A stretch of 18,619 nt of DNA from Candidatus Woesearchaeota archaeon (GCA_964584825.1 CAZPBI010000003.1:13382-32000); one strand, 5' to 3'; shown: positions 7,025 through 13,605, counted from the stretch's first letter. Made by a program: numbers and translations. Notes: generated from the sequence alone by a model not told the origin.

Positions 7025-7253
7025 TATATTCATCATCAACTTTTTCAACTTTTGTTATTAGTATTCCTGACTTTTTCATAAATGGATTATAACCTATTTC
7101 TCTTCGTGTTAAAAACAAATCATCATCTTTTGCATTAAGTATTTTCTGTTTCAATTTCTTATTCTTAAAATACACTATGGGATTTTTCTTAATTATCTCT
7201 TTTAAGTCTTCTGCAAATTCAGTTTCATATACAGCTGTTGGTTTTGGTTTCAT
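7008..7253 (-). CDS. hypothetical 81-aa protein
   Basis: Track ORF. ATGA-type overlap with 7250..7876. Confidence 0.65.
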   Translation of the reverse strand: MKPKPTAVYETEFAEDLKEIIKKNPIVYFKNKKLKQKILNAKDDDLFLTRREIGYNPFMKKSGILITKVEKVDDEYIKKNF

Positions 7254-7876
7254 TTTCTTTTCTCCATTTCTCCCATTATTCTTATCATTCCTTTTTTCAT
7301 TTCTTCATACCATTTCTCTCTATTTTTTCTTAATTTCTCAACATACTTTTTATACTTAAACAATTTTAACTTAATTCCCCTTTTAAACTCCTTTCTAAAT
7401 TTTGAAGTTATTTTATATTCTCTGTTTATTACTTCTAATGGTTCACTTTCTCCTGTTGCATAATTTGTTAAAATTTGTGGGTTTTTTGGATGTATTGAAT
7501 GCAATATAGAATAGCAAACACTTGCTTTTGCAAAATGTTCTTGATATAAATTACTTTCTCTTCTCACAATTTCACACATCAATAAATTCTTAACCAATTC
7601 CCTCCTAATTGATTCTTCGTCTGGTTTAACCCATTTTGATGTATCTACTGGTTTATCCCAATCTATTTCTTTCTCTTTAACCACTTTTTGTTTTTTAGAT
7701 TTATGCCCAAATACTTTACTAAATGAGAAGCCATAATAAATTTCTGCGATTGCTCCATATTTCTTATCTCTATACATTTCAATGGATATTATATCATTAC
7801 CAGAACTGCCTTTTAAAAATTCTGGCTTTATGTTTCTTTCTCCTTCTATCGCTATTCCAATAATATCTCTTTTCAT
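7250..7876 (-). CDS. hypothetical protein, 208 aa
   Basis: Long track ORF. No motif recognised. Confidence 0.75.
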   Translation of the reverse strand: MKRDIIGIAIEGERNIKPEFLKGSSGNDIISIEMYRDKKYGAIAEIYYGFSFSKVFGHKSKKQKVVKEKEIDWDKPVDTSKWVKPDEESIRRELVKNLLMCEIVRRESNLYQEHFAKASVCYSILHSIHPKNPQILTNYATGESEPLEVINREYKITSKFRKEFKRGIKLKLFKYKKYVEKLRKNREKWYEEMKKGMIRIMGEMEKRK

Positions 7877-8016
7877 TGTTTCACCTTCAAAAAATCACTT
7901 AACTGAGGATTATCTCGCTTTTTGTAAGCATCAATAATTTTATCTTTCTCAGCTAATTGATATTTCAAATCATTTATTTCTGTTTGCATTTCTCTTAATC
8001 TATCTGATTTACTCAT
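7873..8016 (-). CDS. hypothetical coiled 47-aa protein
   Basis: Hand-translated: MSKSDRLREMQTEINDLKYQLAEKDKIIDAYKKRDNPQLSDFLKVKQ. SD AGGAAGGTAATAGAATG. ATGA overlap with the next gene. Confidence 0.5.
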   Translation of the reverse strand: MSKSDRLREMQTEINDLKYQLAEKDKIIDAYKKRDNPQLSDFLKVKQ

Positions 8017-8447
8017 TCTATTACCTTCCTAAAATATAATTGGTGGTAAGATAGGAATATTTCAGGATACACGAAGGAATCTAACCTACATTTCCACCTT
8101 ACCAGTGTGGCGAGCTAACCTTGCTCCAATGTACGACCCTTACCTCCTAACCCAATAATGGAATTCATCATTATTGTTCTACTCCTATCCTATTTCCACT
8201 TTTTCATCTTGAAGATATAGGGGTGCATTTCGGCAAAATCAGAATAGATTTCACTTCAAAAACACAACCCCATCTTCAAGATTATTTTTTAGAAAACATC
8301 AGATAACGGTAAGCATTCTGGCATACATTTTCACTCACCTGAACACGTCAGAAGTATAGATGTATGATAGCATTATTGACTCCCGTTCAAACTACATAAT
8401 GCCTCATCCATAATTGCTTCTTCCCGTCTGCTGTTTTCTTTCCTCCT
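8017..8447 (-). ncRNA. candidate structured non-coding RNA or cis-acting element (family unknown)
   Basis: Largest ORF-free stretch in the window. G+C is elevated by hand count. Several verified complementary segments are present, and two have G.U pairs only on the minus strand. Confidence 0.4.
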
Positions 8448-8846
8448 CTATAAATTTTCATACCACTTCTCTTTTACGGCTCTCTCAACTTTATCCATGT
8501 TGTGCTTCATGCCTGAAATTTCTTTATTGCATTTTTCTTTGTAGTCATTTGCTTCTCCATAATCTTTAACTACAAAAAACAATTTATCATTTTTCTCATT
8601 GCTTGAAACAATAAACATTTTTGTAGTATTTCTCAGTCTATGAATCACTGACAAAACAACATGCCTCCAATAATAATCCTGTTCGTACATGCTCATTAGG
8701 TTTAATCTTGTTCCATAAACAGATTGCATTATTTCTCTTTTTGTCAATCCATTTGTTGTCCCTATGTGGTTTTTGAACAAATTATAGATTTCTGAAGTCA
8801 TGGTTGTTGTTATAGTTTTTGTTTGCTGATGTCTTTTATTCTTCAT
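8448..8846 (-). CDS. hypothetical protein, 132 aa, possibly winged-helix DNA-binding
   Basis: Track ORF with SD AAAGGAGGTAACAAAAATG. The segment GLTKREIMQSVYG looks HTH-like, but this assignment is weak. Confidence 0.7.
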   Translation of the reverse strand: MKNKRHQQTKTITTTMTSEIYNLFKNHIGTTNGLTKREIMQSVYGTRLNLMSMYEQDYYWRHVVLSVIHRLRNTTKMFIVSSNEKNDKLFFVVKDYGEANDYKEKCNKEISGMKHNMDKVERAVKEKWYENL

Positions 8847-8851
8847 TTTTG

Positions 8852-9076
8852 TTACCTCCTTTTTCTATACAGCTTATAACTACCACAGTTACTACATTTG
8901 AACTGTAATCTTTTAGGAAACATCCTGTAAAATATATTATCACTAATTTCATCTGCATGAGCTCTTATATTTATCAAATCCCAATTATGATTGGTGAATT
9001 CATATCCATATGGTATTTTTAGAGTTTGTTGATTGTAACAATTTTCACAAACAACTTCTAATGTATATTCTGTCAT
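8852..9076 (-). CDS. zinc-ribbon protein, 74 aa
   Basis: Track ORF. CENC ... CSNC. Ends with AGG AGG TAA, which supplies the next gene's SD. Confidence 0.7.
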   Translation of the reverse strand: MTEYTLEVVCENCYNQQTLKIPYGYEFTNHNWDLINIRAHADEISDNIFYRMFPKRLQFKCSNCGSYKLYRKRR

Positions 9077-9080
9077 TTCC

Positions 9081-9713
9081 TCACTTCCTTAATTTATATA
9101 TATATTGAACTCTGTTATTCTCTGAACGACCTTTTTCTTTTATTAAAAGTTCTGGATGTCTTTTACACATATTATTCATATTAGTACTTATATGTTTCAC
9201 TTCCATATTGATATATTTTGCCATATCTGTTGTTGTTAATCCTTGAGGATTTACTATAAGCAATTCCTCTACTACTTTAGCAAATTCTCCATATTTTTTT
9301 TCTTTTGTTATTGGAAGATTTGTATGTTCTCCTATCAAATTTATTCTATATCTCTTTCTTTTGCTGTTTGCAATAGGACTTGAAACTATATTATATTTCT
9401 GAATTAATTTTCTATTACACAGCACACTTGAAACATTCCCAGATTTGAAACCTAAATTTGTTGCTATTTCTTTTACTAAACTTTCTGGATTTTGTTTTAA
9501 ATAATTGATTATTTCACCTACTTTTGTTCTTACACCATCATATTCTCGCTTATTAGTTGTTGTATCTGATATTTTAGTAATACTTTCTGTCTGTTTCATG
9601 GCTGATTTAATTACCCTGAGCAAATGCTCAAAATATCCGCACGCTTCCTGCGGATTCATACTTTCCTTGATTTTAACATCAAGAACAATTTCATCTCCGA
9701 AATCAATTTTCAT
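9081..9713 (-). CDS. DNA-binding protein with two winged-helix (MarR/TrmB-like) repeats, 210 aa
   Basis: Track ORF. Two internal repeats of the wHTH pattern: INYLKQNPESLVKEIATNLGFKSGNVSSVL...RKRYRINL and VEELLIVNPQGLTTTDMAKYINMEVKHISTNM...RVQYIYKL. Confidence 0.75.
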   Translation of the reverse strand: MKIDFGDEIVLDVKIKESMNPQEACGYFEHLLRVIKSAMKQTESITKISDTTTNKREYDGVRTKVGEIINYLKQNPESLVKEIATNLGFKSGNVSSVLCNRKLIQKYNIVSSPIANSKRKRYRINLIGEHTNLPITKEKKYGEFAKVVEELLIVNPQGLTTTDMAKYINMEVKHISTNMNNMCKRHPELLIKEKGRSENNRVQYIYKLRK

Positions 9714-9717
9714 TTTT

Positions 9718-9838
9718 TCATCTCCTTAATAGTCTATTAATAATTTCATTATATGTTTCACTTTCTGTAATCGCTATACTCTTCAATTTTTTGGCAGTTT
9801 CTTTTTCAACTAATATTAATGTTTTATTTTTTTTTCAT
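9718..9838 (-). CDS. ribbon-helix-helix (CopG/Arc-like) regulator, 39 aa, out of frame with its ATG at an A9 tract
   Basis: Open frame KKNKTLILVEKETAKKLKSIAITESETYNEIINRLLRR* has the RHH strand-helix-helix pattern. The only ATG (9838-9836) is followed by A9 (9835-9827) and reads MKKK*. Loss of one A joins the two. Confidence 0.45.
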
Positions 9839-9880
9839 ATTTAAAACCTTATATAATCATTATATAAACCCCTTTAAATA
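9839..9880 (-). promoter_or_regulatory. putative archaeal-type promoter (AAAGGGG-TTTATATA) for a leaderless transcript
   Basis: TTTATATA occupies 9868-9861 on the minus strand. The A of the ATG at 9838 is 30 nt after the first T, so the TATA centre lies about 26-27 nt upstream. Confidence 0.45.
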
Positions 9881-9892
9881 CCTTATGGTTCC

Positions 9893-9918
9893 TTAATTCT
9901 TTATAATTAAAGAATTAA
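9893..9918. repeat. perfect 11-bp inverted repeat with a 4-nt spacer (ttaattcttta-taat-taaagaattaa)
   Basis: Read directly. It lies between the stop of 9920..10426 and the putative promoter. Confidence 0.85.
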
Positions 9919-9919
9919 T

Positions 9920-10426
9920 CTACCCATATACCTCTATTTTCTCCTTCATCTCCTGTTCTTTTTCATTATCAAAATATGTATCTGTCCTTATGCGTTTGCA
10001 TATTGAAACCATTGTCATTTTTGTCAATGCTTCCTGCAAATCTGATGATAGTTTTTCTTCTATCATTTCCATTTTATTCTTCTCATCAATTATTTTAGAC
10101 ATTTCATATTTCAAATCATTAATATTGAATTTCCAATACTCAGGATAGCTATTCCTACAATAACTCCTAAAATTCCTCCATCTATTTAAAAACTCATTCC
10201 TCAAATTTCTATGCCTATCAATATCTGTTTCCATCTGCCAAGATAAATCCATCAATCCAAATCTATTCCTATATTCATCTTCCTCTTTCCCAAACCTGTA
10301 CACTTCTCTTGTAGGCGGACTAATCATCTCAACATCTTCAGGTGCTTGCATTTTCTTAAAGCTTTTATCCCTTAGTGTAAGAGTTTCTTCTTCTTCATTT
10401 ATCAATTTATCTATTTCACTTTTCAT
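9920..10426 (-). CDS. hypothetical protein, 168 aa
   Basis: Track ORF with SD GGGGTGAAAAAATG. Confidence 0.7.
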   Translation of the reverse strand: MKSEIDKLINEEEETLTLRDKSFKKMQAPEDVEMISPPTREVYRFGKEEDEYRNRFGLMDLSWQMETDIDRHRNLRNEFLNRWRNFRSYCRNSYPEYWKFNINDLKYEMSKIIDEKNKMEMIEEKLSSDLQEALTKMTMVSICKRIRTDTYFDNEKEQEMKEKIEVYG

Positions 10427-10436
10427 TTTTTCACCC

Positions 10437-10535
10437 CTATCTTACATTTTCCCATACAGCTCCACAATCTTCACATTCATATTCATCATTCTCAAATCTA
10501 CTTACTTGACCACTACCACAGTATGGACAAGTCAT
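10437..10535 (-). CDS. mini zinc-ribbon protein, 32 aa
   Basis: Hand-translated: MTCPYCGSGQVSRFENDEYECEDCGAVWENVR. ATGA overlap with the upstream micro-ORF. Confidence 0.45.
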   Translation of the reverse strand: MTCPYCGSGQVSRFENDEYECEDCGAVWENVR

Positions 10536-10666
10536 TTTTTCACAACCTTTAATTTTTTCTTATTACAATTCCTACACCTGTAAAACTTCTTAATAATATT
10601 CTTCTTTTCTTTCGTCATATACAAACTTATTCTTGGATTTTTACAACAACTTTTATCTCTTCTCAT
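10532..10666 (-). CDS. basic zinc-ribbon-like protein, 44 aa
   Basis: Hand-translated: MRRDKSCCKNPRISLYMTKEKKNIIKKFYRCRNCNKKKLKVVKK. SD TTGGAGGTAAAATAAATG. Confidence 0.5.
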   Translation of the reverse strand: MRRDKSCCKNPRISLYMTKEKKNIIKKFYRCRNCNKKKLKVVKK

Positions 10667-11002
10667 TTATTTTACCTCCAAACTTTCAAACCAATCACCA
10701 TATTTCTTTAAATTGATTTTACATTCAATTTTATTTAGTACTTTTTTTGTTTCTATTTTTCCAATTTCATCCAATTCTCTTTGAGTTTTTTTACTGAAAA
10801 TATTATTCCACATTCCTCTGCCACAATATCCATTTCTATAAACTGCCCTGGATACTTTTCCATAAGGATTACATGAAATCAAAATATCTTTTACTCCTTT
10901 TTGCATCAAAAATAAATAAAAATCACTTTTTTTAGCTGTCGGAACTTCTTTAATTTCTATAACTACATCACTAATTACTGGAACACTTGCAATTACTTTC
11001 AT
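10667..11002 (-). CDS. hypothetical protein, 111 aa
   Basis: Track ORF with SD AGGTGATATAAAATG. Confidence 0.7.
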   Translation of the reverse strand: MKVIASVPVISDVVIEIKEVPTAKKSDFYLFLMQKGVKDILISCNPYGKVSRAVYRNGYCGRGMWNNIFSKKTQRELDEIGKIETKKVLNKIECKINLKKYGDWFESLEVK

Positions 11003-11014
11003 TTTATATCACCT

Positions 11015-11152
11015 TCACTTATGTTGTTTCAAATGCTTCAAAATTTCAAGATTTATTTTACAAAGCAAAACAATTCCATTTGCTGTTACAGTAGAATTAA
11101 AGTTTCCATTAATAACATTCTCTATTTCTTTTTCAATTTCCTCTATCTCCAT
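11015..11152 (-). CDS. hypothetical 45-aa protein
   Basis: Hand-translated: MEIEEIEKEIENVINGNFNSTVTANGIVLLCKINLEILKHLKQHK. SD GGATGGAGGTGTAAAAATG. Confidence 0.5.
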   Translation of the reverse strand: MEIEEIEKEIENVINGNFNSTVTANGIVLLCKINLEILKHLKQHK

Positions 11153-11167
11153 TTTTACACCTCCATC

Positions 11168-11350
11168 CTACTCTTGCCTAAAAATATGTTTTATTCTTTC
11201 CATAAAACTTTCTTTTTCTTCTTCTGTTCTATAACTACCCAAATACTGATTATCCATTATCTCGTTTCTCAATCTTATTTTCAGTCCTTCATCTGTTGTT
11301 GAGAGTAGCATTCCTAACTGCATTTCAGTGATAAAATATCTTTCACTCAT
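11168..11350 (-). CDS. hypothetical 60-aa protein
   Basis: Track ORF with SD TGAGGTGATGTAAAATG. Confidence 0.6.
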   Translation of the reverse strand: MSERYFITEMQLGMLLSTTDEGLKIRLRNEIMDNQYLGSYRTEEEKESFMERIKHIFRQE

Positions 11351-11361
11351 TTTACATCACC

Positions 11362-12084
11362 TCATGTTTCAATTATAGGATTATAATTTTCCTCTTCTAA
11401 TCCAAAACTCCAAGCAACAGCTCCCTTACAAGTTAGAGCGCCACTTGGAACTGATAAAAGATAATCTTTATCAGATGAAGCATCCTTTACTTTTATATAT
11501 CTTTCTTTAACATCTCCTTCTAAAACTATATCAAACAACACCTCATCATTATCTTGGTGTATTGTAAAAAATTTAAAATGCTTCTTTACATTATCAAAGC
11601 CAACTTTTTTCATTAAATATCTCCTAACTTCAGAGTTTCTTGATTTAAATACTTCTAATGGTAATACTTTTTTCTTAATAAGAAGCATGTAATCTTTCAA
11701 ATTATTATATGCCTCTTCATTCCAACCTTCAGCAAAAGATAAATCAAATTTATCTTTGATTTCATATTCATTATCTGAATTAAATTCACCTATTGGCATT
11801 AATTCAAATTCTTTGTAAGTAATTGTATCCTTATAATCATCTTTTTGCCACCCAGACCAACAACTACAACCTGATGAAAAACCATATAATATTTTTCCAG
11901 TCCTGGTAATTCCTAATCTTTCTTCGCTTGTTTCATATGACCCTGCTGTTCCATCGTCTCTGTTAAGAATCCATATAACATCTTCTTCATTTTCAGCAGT
12001 ATGCCAAAACTCATCTGGAATTAAAGTAATATTGTCCAAAAGTATCTTAATTGATTCATTAAGTTCAGTCCTCAACAAAGCCAA
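11362..12084 (-). CDS. hypothetical protein, 240 aa
   Basis: Long track ORF. Contains SSGCSCWSGW and a C-terminal ...GAVAWSFGLEEENYNPIIET. It looks like a conserved phage-type family, but I cannot name it. Confidence 0.75.
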   Translation of the reverse strand: MALLRTELNESIKILLDNITLIPDEFWHTAENEEDVIWILNRDDGTAGSYETSEERLGITRTGKILYGFSSGCSCWSGWQKDDYKDTITYKEFELMPIGEFNSDNEYEIKDKFDLSFAEGWNEEAYNNLKDYMLLIKKKVLPLEVFKSRNSEVRRYLMKKVGFDNVKKHFKFFTIHQDNDEVLFDIVLEGDVKERYIKVKDASSDKDYLLSVPSGALTCKGAVAWSFGLEEENYNPIIET

Positions 12085-12373
12085 CCACCTCCCTTTGTCT
12101 CCTTATTTCATATTTTCCTTTAGGTAAAATAATAGTTTTATGTTCAGGATGCTTCAATTCAGCTGAATCTTCTTCAATTATTACATAAGCCATAACTTGT
12201 GATGATTTATCATTTGTAAATACAATCTTTCCGTTTGTAAGTTTATGTGAATTTCCTGTCATTTTTCCTGTAATAAGAATTAAAGAGTTGCTTGCCTCTC
12301 CACTAATTTCTTCATCTGTTTTAACAAGTAATATATCACCTTGTCTTGCCATCCAAACTGTATTAGAATTCAT
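12065..12373 (-). CDS. hypothetical protein, 102 aa (RQGDILL ... TGNSH ... HPEH ... QRE motifs)
   Basis: Track ORF with SD AAGAGGTGATATAAAATG. Overlaps the downstream gene by 20 nt. Confidence 0.7.
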   Translation of the reverse strand: MNSNTVWMARQGDILLVKTDEEISGEASNSLILITGKMTGNSHKLTNGKIVFTNDKSSQVMAYVIIEEDSAELKHPEHKTIILPKGKYEIRRQREVVGFVED

Positions 12374-12379
12374 TTTATA

Positions 12380-12619
12380 TCACCTCTTTCCTTTTAATAA
12401 AAAATCTTTTGCCTGACCTTCTATATCTTCTCCTATTACATCTCCCTCAAATAATGTTTCAACACATATAGGACAAGCAAATTCTACATTGTGTACCTTC
12501 ATTTTGAAATTTGTATTTGTACTATATGAATTGCCATCGTATACATAAACATTGGGTTCTCTAAAATCAATGAAGATTAGGCTAATTATTTTTCTTTTAC
12601 ATTTTGGACATATTGCCAT
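12380..12619 (-). CDS. zinc-ribbon protein, 79 aa
   Basis: Track ORF. CPKC ... CPIC. SD GGAGGAATAAAAAATG. Confidence 0.7.
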   Translation of the reverse strand: MAICPKCKRKIISLIFIDFREPNVYVYDGNSYSTNTNFKMKVHNVEFACPICVETLFEGDVIGEDIEGQAKDFLLKGKR

Positions 12620-12632
12620 TTTTTATTCCTCC

Positions 12633-12809
12633 TTATATTAACTTTACTTTATCTCCACACAACTCAGATATAAACTCCTGTATTGTTTTGCCATTCGCTA
12701 AATTTCTCCTATAACTATCATACCACCATTCTCTAATATTGATTTTCGGCTCCTGCTTAACTTTTTCTACTGCTTTCAATACAGCAAATTTACTTATTCC
12801 ACAAATCAT
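12633..12809 (-). CDS. hypothetical 58-aa protein
   Basis: Hand-translated: MICGISKFAVLKAVEKVKQEPKINIREWWYDSYRRNLANGKTIQEFISELCGDKVKLI. SD AGAGGTGATGAAAAATG. Confidence 0.55.
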   Translation of the reverse strand: MICGISKFAVLKAVEKVKQEPKINIREWWYDSYRRNLANGKTIQEFISELCGDKVKLI

Positions 12810-12822
12810 TTTTCATCACCTC

Positions 12823-12973
12823 TTAATTCCCTGCTATTTCAAGCGTTCCTAAGAATTTATTGCAATCATCACATATAATATTTAGTTTTCTATTTACTAT
12901 TTACTATTTTTTTGTTTGGTTTATTCAAAATCATAACCAATGCTTTATGTAAATTTCTTTTTTTGCATATCAT
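12823..12973 (-). pseudogene. micro-gene split by a 7-nt tandem duplication (intact form would be 47 aa, MIC...CDDC)
   Basis: A good start context (GGAAGTGATAAAAAATG) is followed by 27 codons and a TAG inside the repeat. Removing one 7-nt unit fuses the frame to ...NRKLNIICDDCNKFLGTLEIAGN*. Confidence 0.35.
12891..12911. repeat. 7-nt tandem repeat: tatttac x2 plus a degenerate third unit (tattttt)
   Basis: Read directly from the sequence. Confidence 0.85.
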
Positions 12974-13007
12974 TTTTTATCACTTCCTTTCTGAATTACA
13001 TGTTATT

Positions 13008-13178
13008 TTAATTACTCTTTCTAATCGCATCTTTAATGACTTTTTCAAGTTCTTCCATAGTTGTTTCTTCTACTGTGAAAGATATAGATTTTTTACCCTC
13101 TTTTGTAATTTTACCTTCCTTATTTTTGATTGTTATTTCAACTCTAGGTTTCTCTTTTTCTTCACCAAATATTTTCAT
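13008..13178 (-). CDS. hypothetical 56-aa protein
   Basis: Hand-translated: MKIFGEEKEKPRVEITIKNKEGKITKEGKKSISFTVEETTMEELEKVIKDAIRKSN. SD AGGAAGTGATGAAAAATG. Confidence 0.55.
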   Translation of the reverse strand: MKIFGEEKEKPRVEITIKNKEGKITKEGKKSISFTVEETTMEELEKVIKDAIRKSN

Positions 13179-13184
13179 TTTTCA

Positions 13185-13331
13185 TCACTTCCTCATTTTC
13201 TTTGTATTTTTATGGTATTTGTCTTTGATAGAACCTGCCTTAAATGTTTTTTCAACCAAACATAATTTACCTTTTGCATCTACAATCATATCATAGTCAT
13301 CTTCCAAAATTTGTTCAAATGCTTTTTTCAT
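13185..13331 (-). CDS. hypothetical 48-aa protein
   Basis: Hand-translated: MKKAFEQILEDDYDMIVDAKGKLCLVEKTFKAGSIKDKYHKNTKKMRK. SD AGAAGTGATTAAGATG. Confidence 0.5.
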   Translation of the reverse strand: MKKAFEQILEDDYDMIVDAKGKLCLVEKTFKAGSIKDKYHKNTKKMRK

Positions 13332-13332
13332 C

Positions 13333-13503
13333 TTAATCACTTCTTATCTTTCCACAACATTCACAATATCCAAAAAGTTCATCGCCCTTTTCATCACAAT
13401 GTGCAACCCAATCATGTTTTCCTCTTTTATGATTTTTACTTTTTGAAAGATACCCTTTAGGCATTTTTCCAAGAGCAATTGCAACTTCTATTTCTTTTTC
13501 CAT
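13333..13503 (-). CDS. hypothetical 56-aa Cys/His-containing protein
   Basis: Hand-translated: MEKEIEVAIALGKMPKGYLSKSKNHKRGKHDWVAHCDEKGDELFGYCECCGKIRSD. SD TGGAAGTGATGAATAATG. Confidence 0.55.
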   Translation of the reverse strand: MEKEIEVAIALGKMPKGYLSKSKNHKRGKHDWVAHCDEKGDELFGYCECCGKIRSD

Positions 13504-13509
13504 TATTCA

Positions 13510-13602
13510 TCACTTCCAAATTTTTAACACTCTTTGTATCTCTTTTATTTTTTCTTCTCTAGGAAGTTTAATAAATTCTTCTTTTGTTAAATATACTTCC
13601 AT
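13510..13602 (-). CDS. hypothetical 30-aa micro-protein
   Basis: Hand-translated: MEVYLTKEEFIKLPREEKIKEIQRVLKIWK. SD AAAGAGGAATAAAAAATG lies in the upstream gene's end. Confidence 0.4.
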   Translation of the reverse strand: MEVYLTKEEFIKLPREEKIKEIQRVLKIWK

Positions 13603-13605
13603 TTT

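Noticed and set aside
8041-8104. tRNA-like appearance: the minus-strand RNA ends in ...UCUUACC-A-CCA, and a 7-bp acceptor-like stem can form (GGUAAGG/UCUUACC).
   Set aside because: The enclosed sequence is only about 63 nt. It has no T arm (no GTTCRA-type loop) and no convincing anticodon arm. It is probably just one of the stems of the larger island. The ACCACCA ending may be coincidental.
8165-8171. C-box-like AUGAUGA on the minus strand, and CUGAUG/CUGACG strings elsewhere in the island (C/D sRNA or hammerhead core?).
   Set aside because: No D box (CUGA) lies at C/D sRNA spacing with terminal pairing. The CUGA-containing strings lack the A9 and GAAA elements and the three-stem context of a hammerhead.
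8224-8267. Possible solitary CRISPR repeat. The loop sequence contains AAAATCAGA and TTTC, which loosely recall a Methanococcales-type repeat as I remember it.
   Set aside because: Only about half the positions match a repeat quoted from memory. There are no direct repeats or spacers anywhere in the window. A blastn against CRISPR repeat databases would settle it.
8017-8447. Self-splicing intron interrupting a gene.
   Set aside because: The upstream ORF ends with its own stop, and the downstream ORF has its own SD and ATG. The flanking proteins do not look like two halves of one protein. No GUGYG/domain V or obvious P7-type elements were recognised.
9084-9110. TATATATATA stretch that looks like another TATA box.
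   Set aside because: It lies inside the coding 3' end of 9081..9713 (VQYIYKLRK) and lacks the flanking conserved blocks of the 63-nt cassette.
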